Below, one piece after another: positions 1 to 11,736 of a DNA stretch of 64,000 nucleotides (its first letter is position 1; the number at the start of each line of letters is the position of its first letter). The notes beneath the pieces were generated by a model. The model was not told the origin of the DNA, made no database searches, and worked only from the letters and a program-made list of their open reading frames with translations. A program made the position numbers and the translations under genes. The stretch is taken from contig OZ024740.1 of assembly GCA_964016885.1 (NCBI GenBank), positions 29,884,001-29,948,000 of the forward strand. The letters are read 5' to 3'. This stretch comes from Eledone cirrhosa (lineage: Eukaryota).

Positions 1-217
1 TTTATTTTGTCTGTTTTCCTTTTAGTCTTCCTTCTCTTGTAAATCGAAGACATGTTTTTCCTTTCTGTGTTTCTATTTACCATTACAAATGGCGTGCTTG
101 CTACGTGACTAATTTCTTACCCAATCTACCTGTAAAGTCATCCATCAAACGAACTTTAGTAACACTCGGTTACTCACTGAGGCAATAAATCATACGAACT
201 AAGATGTGTGTGTGTCT

Positions 218-223
218 ATATAC

Positions 224-275
<52 letters not shown>

Positions 276-441
276 TATGTAATTTGTATATATATATATA
301 TATATATATGCGGTATGTAATTTGTAGGTATATATATATATATATATTATATTATATATAAACATATTACATACCATATATATTTGTATATATGTACGTT
401 CATATATATATTTGTATATATGTACATTGATATATATATAT
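218..441. repeat. (TA)n microsatellite cluster with a short duplicated insert
   Basis: TA runs interrupted by two copies of TGCGGTATGTAATTTGTA. Confidence 0.9.
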
Positions 442-717
442 GGACATTGGAGTCACAGACACATTCACTTCATCAGATAGTCAACAACCAACCAAATATT
501 TTTCTTCCCTCTCGTTCACGAAGAGAATAAAATAAATAAATAACAAAATTCTATCAAGTTATTTCATACACATCTATGAGTACCAACGTATATTTTTATC
601 TTTTAGTGCCACTATCTATATAAATCTAGCAGTGTGTAGGTCTGGGGAGCTGCTTGACTCGATATCTAACTATCTATTTGTCACTATTTCTATCTATTTA
701 ACTATCTATTCTGTTTA

Positions 718-1543
718 ACTCTAGGCGTAGAGGAGGACGAACTGGCCTGTCTGTTCGGTAGGACCTTCCGCCCGGGACTAATGGACAACTTCCAAAAGTC
801 CCTGGCCTGGCAGTGCTACCGAGGAGCTCTACCAGTTCGAGACAAGCTCTACAGACACGGGCGCCCGGGTAGGGACCCTTCGAAAACCATCTGTCCGAGA
901 TGCGTGCGCGACGAGGAAACCGTTGCGCACGCATTTGTACACTGCCCGGACATTACCGACCTGTGGGGCTATGTAAAACAACTATTGTCGCGGGTGGGAC
1001 CAATCCAGTTGACCACCGAGTCCATTGTCATGTTCAAACCACCACCCTCCTTCAAAAACGAGCCAGAGGCGGTTTTCCTATGTGTTATGGCTATGGTGAA
1101 AGAGGTTATATGTTGGATGAGGTTAAAAGGGCTGAGGTCAGACACCTTTCTCTCCGGCGAGCAACTTATTCGTGTTTTCAAATATCATTTTGGAAGAAGA
1201 ATCAGGATGGAGAGAGAGGTGCTGTACCCCAGCAAATTTTATAAAAGGTGGGTGAATGTGGCAAAGATAGCCCGAGTGGTTGGGCCTTCTCTCTATATAA
1301 GCCTGTAGACTGAGGAAAAAGAGGAAGAGAGGAAGGGAGTACTCACTCTTGGTGCTTCTGGAGATGAGGGTTGTACATTTTTCGGGGTGTGTACAACCCC
1401 TGTGTAACGCCTCCCCCTATTGGTGATATCAATTGTTATTTGTTATTTGTTATTTTATTAAGTTTTATCTTCATATACCTGTATGTAAACTCCCCATTTG
1501 TATTTGTCCCCTTTTTTGTGCCCTTGTGGCTAATAAAGAAATT
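718..1543 (+). mobile_element. 5'-truncated Tx1/L1-clade LINE with 15-bp target-site duplication
   Basis: Encodes ORF2 C-terminus homologous to the end of 8283-11702; 3' end CCTTGTGGCTAATAAAGAAA; TATCTATTCTGTTTA at 703-717 and 1544-1558. Confidence 0.92.
781..1308 (+). pseudogene. LINE ORF2 C-terminal fragment (CCHC zinc-binding region)
   Basis: CPRC-x-EETVAHAFVHC motif; MDNFQKSLAWQCYRGALPVRDKLYRHG identical to the full-length copy. Confidence 0.88.
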
Positions 1544-1759
1544 TATCTATTCTGTTTATGCACATGTGTTTATCTGGCTGAATGTTAGAATTGCCTGGAA
1601 CACCCATACTCTGATGGAGTCGAATCGGCATCCCTTGGGTACCATCTAAACATGCAGTCTATGTCTCTAAGGCTCGTCTGCCTATCTACCTATATGTCGA
1701 TTTGTCTATCTATATATCTATTTCTGCATGTACATATGTATCAATGTGTGTATGTACGA

Positions 1760-1802
<43 letters not shown>

Positions 1803-1983
1803 AGATTGGAGGCGGTAAAAACCAGTTAGACCATTACTCACCAGAGTACTCGATACTTGGGGTAGTAGAGTGGGTCATATGAAAAAATTCAGGACCCCGA
1901 CGGTTTCCTACCTCGCTTTACTACCCCAAGTATCGAGTACTCTGGTGAGTAATGGTCTAACTGGGTTTTACCGCCTCCAATCT
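1803..1983. repeat. 65-bp inverted repeat; Penelope pLTR-derived fold-back
   Basis: Arms 1803-1867 and 1919-1983 (1 mismatch); similar to 18450-18540 of the Penelope remnant; flanked by TA repeats. Confidence 0.85.
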
Positions 1984-1997
1984 GATATATATATATA

Positions 1998-2186
1998 TGG
2001 TGTAGTCCATCGACTTTAGTCAAATCGGACCGAGGAAACAATGTTTCCGTTGGTCTTTCAAATTGCTAGTACTATCTATCGGTCGCAACTCAAAGTAGAA
2101 GAAGCAACGTGAAATAAAGTGTCTTGCTCAAGGACATAACGCATCGCCCGGTCCAGGAATCGAACTCACAACCACACGCCTTCACC

Positions 2187-2187
<1 letters not shown>
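1998..2187 (-). mobile_element. Degenerate tRNA-derived CORE-type SINE
   Basis: Minus strand GTTCGATTCC B-box then TGTCCTTGAGCAAGACACTTTATTTCACGTTGCT, shared with the SINE at 21900-22065. Confidence 0.75.
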
Positions 2188-2217
<30 letters not shown>

Positions 2218-2221
2218 ATAA

Positions 2222-2811
2222 CTAGAGCTTGCGTGTAACCGCGGTTACACGCAAGCTTAAATTATCTCCTGTGATTATTCATGTATTTTTATATGTTAAT
2301 CAATCTCTAGTTATTATAATATGCTCAGATTTATTTATCTTTGAGCTTAAATTCTCAGGATTTATGGTGCATGCATTATGTCATGACACCCATGATTTCG
2401 ATTAATTTTGGACTTAGATATATATGTATATACGTAAAAGTAAGGAAAATATGTTCATTCAAAAATATTCCTACTAAAGGAATCATTTTCCTACACACAC
2501 ACATACACTCACACACAATATATATATATATATATATTCTCTTCATCTTAACATGCTTACCATACTCCCACACACATAACAACCATACACGCACATAACA
2601 ACCCCCACACCTACAACTCCCTCCCCATTTCTACTAATAGAACCACTTTCCTACACACATATATATATACACACACACAAAATATATATTCTCTCCATCT
2701 TAACATACTCGCGCACACACACATAACACCCATATAAACACACACACAACTCCCTCCCCCATCTCTACTAATAGAATCATCTTCCAATACACACATACAC
2801 ACACACACACA

Positions 2812-2867
<56 letters not shown>

Positions 2868-3545
2868 AGCACACAAATAAACATACATATCTTCACTTCA
2901 ATAGAAAATCTGAACTCTGACACCCCGGCGAGCTGGCCATATTCACTGAACCAGAACAATTCTCCCAATCCCTTTTCTCTTGACCACTATCTCTCCATTG
3001 TCATAACATTCACTATAAAGACTACAGAATAGTTTTCCAAATAAGGGCGCAAAAATGTAATGAAAACTTGTTCACGTGACAGCCAAATTTCATTTATAAC
3101 CAACCAAAAAAAAGCCTTCGTGAGCCTCCTTTTTTCAAGTAAAAAGAAATTCAAACACTCATATATGAAAAAACAACCTGTGACAACCCCCCCTCTTATT
3201 TGAAGAACTATTGTAACGCGAACTGGCGCGAAATTTATTATAATTATTGACAAACCAATCAAATTACTTCTCGAAAAACCTGGCATTTCGAGCCACTTTT
3301 TCCATATAAAACAAGTAACATTCAGAGACCAACCAGATGTGAGAAAAACCACAGACCCTCCATCTCAACTCACCTTTTGAAAAGCAGAAGAACTGCGAAA
3401 CCGGTAAAGGAACCAAATAAATATATATATTTTTTTTTAAAATAAGACTCCAGTTGCATTTTCGATTTCATCTCTTTTTCTTTATACTTTCACTCGTGTT
3501 ATTTTTCATTTTGTAAAAAAAACCTCACTTTCTAATATATTTATA
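2222..3545 (-). mobile_element. Probable non-autonomous Helitron-like element
   Basis: Minus-strand end CTAG|T preceded by a 32-bp palindrome (2226-2257); internal degenerate direct repeats 2470-2790; both ends in TA tracts; 5' boundary approximate. Confidence 0.55.
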
Positions 3546-3560
3546 TATATATATATTTAT

Positions 3561-3661
<101 letters not shown>

Positions 3662-3664
3662 AAT

Positions 3665-3770
<106 letters not shown>

Positions 3771-3825
3771 AAATAATGAATAAAACAATGAAACAGTTCC
3801 TTATATTAAACAAAAAAAGTTCATT

Positions 3826-3967
3826 ATTTAACGATCGTTTCTAGGATATATATGTGTTAGAATTGGCATGTATATTCAACAGATCTATGTACAAAATTAT
3901 ACAAAATTATACAAACTATCAAAATTAAATATACATACCAACACATATATATGCCGTCTTCAGAAAT
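3826..3967 (-). ncRNA. Mirror copy of the hammerhead, with shorter stem I
   Basis: Left palindrome arm repeats CTGAAGA...GAAACGATCGTT on the minus strand; stem I only ~4 bp. Confidence 0.6.
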
Positions 3968-4114
3968 TATTTCTGAAGACGGCATATATATGTGTTGGTA
4001 TGTATATTTAATTTTGATAGTTTGTATAATTTTGTATAATTTTGTACATAGATCTGTTGAATATACATGCCAATTCTAACACATATATATCCTAGAAACG
4101 ATCGTTAAATAATT
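3965..4114 (+). ncRNA. Type I hammerhead ribozyme with extended stem II
   Basis: Stem I AATTATTT(3965-72)/AAATAATT(4107-14); core CTGAAGA 3973-79; stem II ATATATATGTGTTGG/CTAACACATATATAT; GAAA 4095-98; palindromic CGATCG; GTT cleavage triplet. Confidence 0.8.
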
Positions 4115-4310
4115 AACTTTTTTTGTTTAATATAAGGAACTGTTTCATTGTTTTATTCATTATTTTTTTAATATTTTATCTTGACTCTGTATTCCGTTTA
4201 TCTTTCACCGAAAGTGATTTTTCATTGCATCTCTTCTTTCCATGATATCCGGATTACATTGAGTTCTTCATACGGATTGGACACTACCGTAAACTCTTGG
4301 TAGATTTATC

Positions 4311-4361
<51 letters not shown>

Positions 4362-4367
<6 letters not shown>

Positions 4368-4720
4368 CGTAAAATAAGAAAATTATAAAATTAACTTACT
4401 TACTAAAAAGTCACTTCCAACTAATTTGTTTCTGTAATGGAATAAATATAGTTTCCGAAGAAATATATGGAAAATCATTCCGTCATCAGAAAAGTCTTTT
4501 TCCGTGTAAGTCTCCAGGCATAGCGAAGACTCTGGAAACTTATTAAAAAAAATTCAGTGGAAAGGAAATAGCGAAGCGTGGACTGGATTCCTAGCCATTG
4601 AGAAAGTCACTGCCTCTACGTCTGTGGCAAATTCAAAAAGAATCAATCACGTGACATCGAGGTCAATCAGTGGAAAGCGAATGGTTAATAAGACAGCGGC
4701 CAGCCTACCACCATAGTAGT
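4362..4720 (-). mobile_element. Hammerhead-bearing non-coding repeat (same family as 17785-18415)
   Basis: Reverse complement aligns by eye with ~17950-18290 (GTCACGTGATTGATTCTTT, GGAATCCAGTCC, AGTAAGTAAGTTAATTTT, TTCTTATTTTACGTCT); flanked by (TA)n. Confidence 0.8.
4414..4494 (-). ncRNA. Type I hammerhead ribozyme (degenerate)
   Basis: Minus strand CTTTT-CTGATGA-CGGAATG...CATTACA-GAAA-CAAATTAG-TT-GGAAG. Confidence 0.68.
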
Positions 4721-4821
4721 AGTCATGGCCAAATATTGCTCGACAAATGAATTGGAGATAATTATAAGGAATTTATAGCTAGTAACATATATATATATGT
4801 ATATATATATTTATATCTAGT

Positions 4822-4877
<56 letters not shown>

Positions 4878-4995
4878 GGCAAACAGACAGAGGGCGTGAG
4901 AGATGAACAGATAAAGACATATAGGTAGATAGATAGAGAGAATATATTTATATATTCATCCATACATGATACATACATAGATACGTAGATATATG

Positions 4996-5088
4996 CATAC
5001 ATACATACATACATACATACATGCATACATACATACATACATACATACATACATACATACATACATACATACATACATACATACATAC
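4996..5088. repeat. (CATA)n microsatellite
   Basis: Direct reading; left flank of the R4-like element. Confidence 0.95.
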
Positions 5089-6335
5089 AACATTTGAATG
5101 TCGCATCATATCTCTCCGACAACATCTACGAACCTCGAAGCGTAGGAGCCCGTCTCTCGAGCAAGTCTATCTGCATGAAACAGATAAGATCATGAGAGTT
5201 GGGAAGGAACTCCTCGAGAGATATTCCCTGTGTGATAATCAAAACTCACACCTAGAGATGTCGCTCAGCAGTATCGCAGTGAATCCATGGATGAAAAACT
5301 GCATGCTTATCAGCAAAAAATCATGCATGTTGCCAGGAAGCTCCAGAGTGAGAGTAATATATATAAGGAAAGTAGTCTATCTTGGACCAACAACCGCTAT
5401 ATTGGCTCCCACTTTGAAGGATACGCTTTTGCAATCCAAGAACAGGAGTTAACACGAAATACCTGATTCACAAAAGAGATAGGGATGCAGGCAAAACACC
5501 TAGATGTGATAACAAGTGCAGACTCTGCAAAACTAACATCGAGGATATCACCCATGTCATCAGCAGCTGTCCAAAGATGTCATCGCGGTACTATCTACCT
5601 ATGAGGCATGATGTAGTGGCCAAAACACTGTACAATGCAGTTCGTAAAAAAAGATAGCCCCGATAATAAACACATTAAAAGCTACAGCAATATGGAAGAC
5701 ATCCATGTACATAATATGAAAGAATACTGGTGGAATGTTCCAGTAAAAACCCTAATAAAATACAGGCATAACAGACCAGATATTATGATATGGGACAAGG
5801 AGAAGAAAGCATGCACAGTAGTGGAAATTAGCTGCCCAGCAGATGCCAATATAATATCAAAGATTAATGAAAAGGAGAATATTTATGCAGAACTGATGAG
5901 AAATCTGCAGATACGCCACCTTGATTACACCTTCAGATTTATCCCTGTGATTATTGGGGCACTGGGGCATGTTAGTAACTGCCTCAATACAAATCTTGAG
6001 AAGCTAGGCTTCACAGGAACAGAAAGAACACAACTAGTTAGGATATTACAAGTACAATCCATTAATGGAACAGTAAAAATATGTAAAACATTTCAAAAAT
6101 GTTGCATCTAATAACTGCATATACACATATACAGATGCAAAGCATATACACATGCACACATACAACTCAAAACATCCACATCCACACATACAATAACATC
6201 CATATCTACACATGCAGACATACATATCTACCTAGTTGATGTTGTGTAAATTCCAATGAGAGAGTCCTGTGTCTATGTTAGAAACAGACACTCTCACTAT
6301 TGGGAAAACTTTGTGAAATTATAAAACCAGAAGAA
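5089..6335 (+). mobile_element. 5'-truncated R4/Dong-like non-LTR retrotransposon (zinc knuckle + restriction-like endonuclease), frameshifted
   Basis: Across frames: SHFEGYAFAIQEQE, CRLC..IEDITHVISSC, RHDVVAK, HNRPDIMIWD, VVEISCP, IPVIIGALG; (CATA)n on both sides. Confidence 0.85.
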
Positions 6336-6410
6336 CATACATACATACATACATACATACATACATACATACATACATACATACATACATACATACATAC
6401 ATACATACAT

Positions 6411-6670
6411 GATGAAACAAAATTTAAAAAATGGATCACTGTAAAGGATGTACATGGGTACTTGAGATGAATACCACTGACCATAGGGGGAATAAACCAT
6501 GCTAAAAATCTGACATGGAGCCCCTGATAAGTTCATAACATCCCACCTTGAAGGATAGCTCGATGCAATCCAGGAACAAGAAATCCACACCAAATACATA
6601 CTGCACAATAAGGGAAGGACATTGACAATAAATGTAGACTGTGTAAAACAATTATTGAAGGTGTTAGCCA
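6411..6670 (+). pseudogene. Older R4-like fragment
   Basis: Translates ..TSHLEG*LDAIQEQEIHTKY.., homologous to the 5400-5460 region. Confidence 0.6.
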
Positions 6671-6696
6671 CATTATTTCTAATTATTTCTAACTGG

Positions 6697-6877
6697 CAGT
6701 ATCGGTAGAGGGTCGAACGTGTTGCTTTGCAGCATAGAGTTGCGGCCCTTAATGGTCTGAGTTCAAATCCCGCCGAGGTTAACTTTTCCTTGCATCCTTA
6801 GGGGGTATATAAAATAAAGTACCAGTAATGCACTGTGATAATTGCTGGCCTTGTGCCAAAAGTAAAAACAATTATTC
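6697..6877 (+). mobile_element. SINE with Nin/Deu-type central domain (octopus OK-like)
   Basis: B-box GAGTTCAAATCC; CCGAGGTTAACTTT..CATCCTT..AAAATAAAGTACCAGT; 3' CTGGCCTTGTGCC; two more copies in window. Confidence 0.8.
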
Positions 6878-7195
6878 CCAACTGTAAAAGAATGTCTTCT
6901 CGTTGCTAACAACCCATCATGTGATAGCTAATACAATTTAGAAGGCATTACGAAAGACAAACATGAAAACAAATAGGAGGGATTATGTATAGGCACGTGG
7001 ATCAAAGTAATACTGATGAATCCTAAAAATAAAAACCGCCACTAGATCAAATCACAACCCGTCTCATAATGTTATGTGGGACCACACATTAAAAAACATG
7101 CTCTGTTGTAGAAATCGGATGTCGAGTTGATGTTAATGTCGTAAGAAAAATGCAAAAGAAGAGGGATATTCATAGAGCATTAATGAGTAGTTTAC

Positions 7196-7376
7196 GGTAT
7201 CGGTAGAGAGACGGACGCCATGCTTTGCAGCATACAGTTACGGCCCTTTATGATCTGGGTTCAAATCCCACCGAGGTTAACTTTACCTTTCATCCTTACG
7301 GGGTCGATAAAATAAAGTACCAGTAATACACTGGTATAATTGCTGGCCTTGTGCCCAATGTAGAAATAATTATTAT
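7196..7376 (+). mobile_element. SINE, same family as 6697-6877
   Basis: GGTTCAAATCC; CCTTTCATCCTTACGGGGTCGATAAAATAAAGTACC; CTGGCCTTGTGCC. Confidence 0.82.
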
Positions 7377-7848
7377 CATTATCATATTACTTTAAGTCAA
7401 ATTTAAGTTTGTGTATTCAGTATTTCAGGTACAGTTTACTTTCTTTCCATAATTTATCCCTCAAGAGTCACCCTGTTGTCATAAGTAAAGTAAGCTCTCG
7501 CTTTTCTGTTTCCAATGCTCGTGACAATGTGATATCAAAACGAGACTTGCTCTGATTTCCACAGATATTGCTTGTTTTGGGTTTTAGATGATACTTCAAT
7601 ATGGCGGCGGTAATGAACTGTGAATGTTTCACGGAGATAAACTGCCAGGAGTCACCAATGCTGCTTTCAGCTGACTAACAACAATTATATGTGTAGAAAC
7701 AATTAATGAGTAGTTTACAGTTCCAGTGTCTAAGATGTACGTTCAGCTCCATAACTGAGATTATTGGAGCTACAGTTTATATACCAACCCACCTAGACCA
7801 AAGTGTAACCGAGCTTTAAATGGCGGCGGTATCTGGAACCTCCAAAAG

Positions 7849-7850
<2 letters not shown>

Positions 7851-7881
<31 letters not shown>

Positions 7882-7987
7882 AATTATTGTGTACAGTGCT
7901 CAGGTGCACTACAACTCATCAAAGGTGCATGTATAGTACATAGAATAATGTACAAATGTCAGGAAAATGAACAGTGTATGAGTCATG

Positions 7988-7991
<4 letters not shown>
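7851..7991 (-). mobile_element. Short CR1 3'-end fragment with (ATT)n tail
   Basis: Matches 13911-14055 and reverse complement of ~30420-30543. Confidence 0.85.
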
Positions 7992-8040
<49 letters not shown>

Positions 8041-8282
8041 TTTTCTTTATTAACCACAAGGGTTCACATAAAGTAGACATTAAGGACAGTACAGGACAAT
8101 ACAGGACGGTACAAAGGGGCATTTCTGCGTGTAAAAAAACAGAGGTTGAAATAAAATAACAAAGAAAAATTCCCCAATAGGGGGGAGACTTCCAAGGGAC
8201 ATTTGTGGAGAAAGCCCATTAAAAGACCACAGTGGCCCTGACCACCAGGGCAAGTACCCTCTCCCAGTTTTCCACCTTTAAT

Positions 8283-11200
8283 TTACAGACACATACTCAG
8301 AGAAGGCCCATTCATTTGGGCCATACTTGCTTCTCTCACCCATCTTTCAACAAAATGCTGGGAAGAGAGCACTTCCCTCTCTACCCTGATTTTCCTTTTC
8401 AAATGAAATTTGAAAAAGTTAATCAGGGCATCACTGAAGAGGTAAGTGTTCGTCTTCAGCCCTTTCAAACGTGTCCACCATACTATCTCTTTCGCCATGG
8501 CCACCAGACAGATAAAAACTGCCTGCCCTTCCAGGCTAAAGGAAGGGGGCGGGGCAATCCTCACGATGGACTCAGCTGATAGCTGGATAGGTCCTACACG
8601 TGACAGCAGGTGTTCGACATAAACCCACAAGTCAGCAATGCTCGGACACTGGACGAGTGCGTGCAGGACGGTTTCGTCGCCCTGCGCGCATCTCGGACAT
8701 GCCCGGCTGACGGCACCTCCATGCCTGTAGAGTTTATCCCGAACTGGCAAAGCTCCTCGGTAGCACTGCCAGGCCAGGGATTTCTGGAAGTTGTCCATAG
8801 GCCCCGGCCCGAAAGTCCTTCCGAAGAGATTGGCTAGTTGATTTTCGTCGACGCCTAGAGTTTCTCCAAGTACGTCGTCGCTCTTCCCCTCCACTAATCC
8901 CCTATAGAACGCCAAGGTGGAGTTTCCACCGATCACATTGCCCGATTGGTCGAGGGCTGTGAGCGCCTGAAGACATTCCAGTCTCCAAGCGCTCCCTCTC
9001 GGTCTTCGCTTGACCCAGGACTGCAGCTCCGTCAAGGAGACGAGCTGGGGAAAAACGTGTCTTGCAAACGGCGACCACACCTGATCACCGTCGAGGAAGA
9101 GGTGGAGATGTCGTAGCCTGAGCGCGTGTCTGCGCATCATCAACCACGGCATGCCCAGCCCTCCACGTAGCGGGTGTTGACAGCAGATGGACCGCCTGAC
9201 CATCGGAGCGCGTCCCTTCCACAAGAAGCGAAAGAGCAAACGCTCCAGCGCAGTCAGGCGGGGCTTAGGACAAGGTACGACGGTCAGGCGGTAGTAGATG
9301 ACGGATGCGATGTACGTATTCGCCACCTCCGCTCGACCTTTCAGGGATAGCTTTCTCTCGGCCCATTTCTGGGTGAGAGAAGCCACCCTGCTCGTCACCT
9401 CGTCCCAGTTTTTGTCCGTCTGGAGGTCTGGACCGAACCAGACCCCTAGCAATTTAACCGGTCCGTCCGTCCAGCGCCCGACGACGCTGTTGGACGGCAT
9501 GGACCTGCCTCTCCAGGTGCCGAGCTGCAGGCCCACTGACTTTTCCTGGTTGATCATTGCTCCTGTCACCGCTTCGTATTCTCTTAGTGTAGTGCCGATC
9601 GCCTCGATGTGTTTGGGGTTCGACACCACTACGGTGACATCGTCGGCATATGCTGACACGGATCTTCCGCATCCTAGTTCGCGCGGGACCCCCCTCAACG
9701 TCTCCAGTTTGTGCAGTAATGGCTCCAGAGTCAATACGTACAATAGGGACGAGAGGGGACATCCTTGGCGGACCGAGCGCATGATGTTGAACGGTTCCGA
9801 AAGGTGACCGTTCACTCTCACTACAGAGCAGATGTCGCTGTGCATGGCAGCGATCCAGCCTCTGAAGACGGGCCCAAAGCCAGCCGCCCTCAGGACTGCC
9901 GCTAGGTAACGATGGTCGACCCTATCGAAGGCTTTTGACTGATCTAAATTGATCAAAGACCCACCCGTGCCAGGTTCCTTAGCTACCCTCTCTACGATGT
10001 ATCGCATGAGGTGGAGGTTGTCGTGGATGGATCTGTCGGGAATGGCGCATGTCTGTGCCTCTCCCACCAGACCACCAACGACAAGCGCCAACCTCTTTGC
10101 TAGCACCTTGGCCAAAATCTTGAACTCTGTGTTTAGCAGAGTTATGGGCCTAAAATTATCTATGTTATCCCCCTTGTTCGGATCCTTTCTCAGCAGCGCC
10201 ACCGCTCCTCGGCTCACAGAGCTGGGAATTCTCCCGTTCTGTTGCCAGTTGCAGTAGACGTCCGCCAAGAGGCCTCCGAACAAGTTTGGCATTTGTACGT
10301 AAAGTTCATAGGGCAGACCATCCAAACCAGGCGATTTACCCCTTGTGCAACTAGTCATTGCATCCCGTACTTCAGCGGTTGTTATCGGCTTTTCACAACA
10401 CTCCGCCTCAGTGGCCGAAAGCCGCGGCTGTCCGTCGAGGTAGACACTAAAGTCCATCCCTCGATCCGGCCCGCCACTGCCCCCGAACAGTTGAGCGAAG
10501 TGTCGCTGAAAAGCTTCACACATTTGCCCGGGATCGAGTAGCATGCGCCCGTCGTGGTCCACCAAAGACCGGATCGTGGCTTTGTTGCCACGACGCGCCT
10601 CCGCCACTCGGGCCCATTGAACGGCTTTCGTCCCCTCGTGTCTGAGAGCACGCACCCTAGCTCTGACAACGCAGCCTTCGTGCTTTGCATTGAAGAATTG
10701 GTCAAGGGCCAATTTCGCCGCAAGTACGTCGGTCGCGATGCCTTTGCTAAGCGCCTCATCTAATTTTCTAACTAATTCTCCCTCTGCTCTATTTTTCTCT
10801 ATTGCTAAAGTCTTACTAAACCTAATGGACTCTATTCTAATTGCTCTTTTCAGAGCAAACCACCACTTGTTGTTGACGATGGCCCCCGTCAACGCCCGCT
10901 TAACTAGTTCGCTAATCCGGTCTCTGTAGGCCTTGCGCGCTGGTAAGGACGCGTTTAGCTTCCAGTAGCCGGGTCCTTGTCTATGAAGCCTATCTAAGTC
11001 AAGCACACAGATCACGAATTTGTGGTCCGTGTAGCTGACTATCTTGAATCGTGGACAGCCTATGCTAGACCTATCTATTTCCCTACAAAATACTCTATCT
11101 AGATATGATCTGGATGACCCTATGCGATTTGTCCAAGTCCACATTGGTACATTCGGGAAATCCATTCGGTACCTGTCAGACAGTTCAAAACGTCTGAGCA

Positions 11201-11702
11201 GGTTGGTGAGACTCTTGCACCCTCCTTCCCTATCCACTAATCCCACACAATCCCAGCGTGCATCTAAGATCCCGTTCCAGTCGCCCACTAACACTAAAGA
11301 GCGGGACGTTCCAAGAAAGGTCTCCAGACGCCGGAAGAAATCAGGCCGCCCTGCTCCTGTCGGGGCATAGACGGCCACTAACCTGAAAGCTTGCCCGTCT
11401 CCGCTGGTCACGTCCAGCACCACCAACTTACCTTCTGGGTCCAGGAAGATGGCCCGTATGGCAAGATCCAAACCTCTCCGAAAAAGCACAGCAACTCCTC
11501 CCCCCGATCCCGGACGGCTGGGAGATGCGTACACATCGTAGCCGCCGAAGATCGGTGCGAAAGCCTGTGCTTCGGAGATTCTGGTCTCGCTGATGGCCAC
11601 TACATCTATGTTTAGTGACATGAGGTCGTTGAGCAGGTGGCCCTGCTTCCATGACGACCCCAAGCCACGCGCATTTATGCTGCCTATTCTGAGTGAGGTC
11701 AT
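8283..11702 (-). CDS. LINE ORF2 polyprotein: AP endonuclease, reverse transcriptase, CCHC zinc finger (intact, 1139 aa)
   Basis: NARGL, ISET, GDWN, YLDRVF, TDH (APE); KSPGLDG, FRPITLLN, LDQSKAFDRVDH, VRQGCPLS, YADD (RT); CPRC..ETVLHALVQC. Confidence 0.96.
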   Translation of the reverse strand: MTSLRIGSINARGLGSSWKQGHLLNDLMSLNIDVVAISETRISEAQAFAPIFGGYDVYASPSRPGSGGGVAVLFRRGLDLAIRAIFLDPEGKLVVLDVTSGDGQAFRLVAVYAPTGAGRPDFFRRLETFLGTSRSLVLVGDWNGILDARWDCVGLVDREGGCKSLTNLLRRFELSDRYRMDFPNVPMWTWTNRIGSSRSYLDRVFCREIDRSSIGCPRFKIVSYTDHKFVICVLDLDRLHRQGPGYWKLNASLPARKAYRDRISELVKRALTGAIVNNKWWFALKRAIRIESIRFSKTLAIEKNRAEGELVRKLDEALSKGIATDVLAAKLALDQFFNAKHEGCVVRARVRALRHEGTKAVQWARVAEARRGNKATIRSLVDHDGRMLLDPGQMCEAFQRHFAQLFGGSGGPDRGMDFSVYLDGQPRLSATEAECCEKPITTAEVRDAMTSCTRGKSPGLDGLPYELYVQMPNLFGGLLADVYCNWQQNGRIPSSVSRGAVALLRKDPNKGDNIDNFRPITLLNTEFKILAKVLAKRLALVVGGLVGEAQTCAIPDRSIHDNLHLMRYIVERVAKEPGTGGSLINLDQSKAFDRVDHRYLAAVLRAAGFGPVFRGWIAAMHSDICSVVRVNGHLSEPFNIMRSVRQGCPLSSLLYVLTLEPLLHKLETLRGVPRELGCGRSVSAYADDVTVVVSNPKHIEAIGTTLREYEAVTGAMINQEKSVGLQLGTWRGRSMPSNSVVGRWTDGPVKLLGVWFGPDLQTDKNWDEVTSRVASLTQKWAERKLSLKGRAEVANTYIASVIYYRLTVVPCPKPRLTALERLLFRFLWKGRAPMVRRSICCQHPLRGGLGMPWLMMRRHALRLRHLHLFLDGDQVWSPFARHVFPQLVSLTELQSWVKRRPRGSAWRLECLQALTALDQSGNVIGGNSTLAFYRGLVEGKSDDVLGETLGVDENQLANLFGRTFGPGPMDNFQKSLAWQCYRGALPVRDKLYRHGGAVSRACPRCAQGDETVLHALVQCPSIADLWVYVEHLLSRVGPIQLSAESIVRIAPPPSFSLEGQAVFICLVAMAKEIVWWTRLKGLKTNTYLFSDALINFFKFHLKRKIRVEREVLSSQHFVERWVREASMAQMNGPSLSMCL

Positions 11703-11736
11703 GTTGAAAAGGAGTGGAAAAGATGGGAAAGACCAC

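Noticed and set aside
442-480. Minus-strand CTGATGA near 469-475
   Set aside because: No downstream GAAA/stem III before the TA tract
7468-7672. ~67-codon open frame on the minus strand; ATGGCGGCGGTA at ~7601 and again at ~7820
   Set aside because: No recognisable protein motif or convincing splice sites
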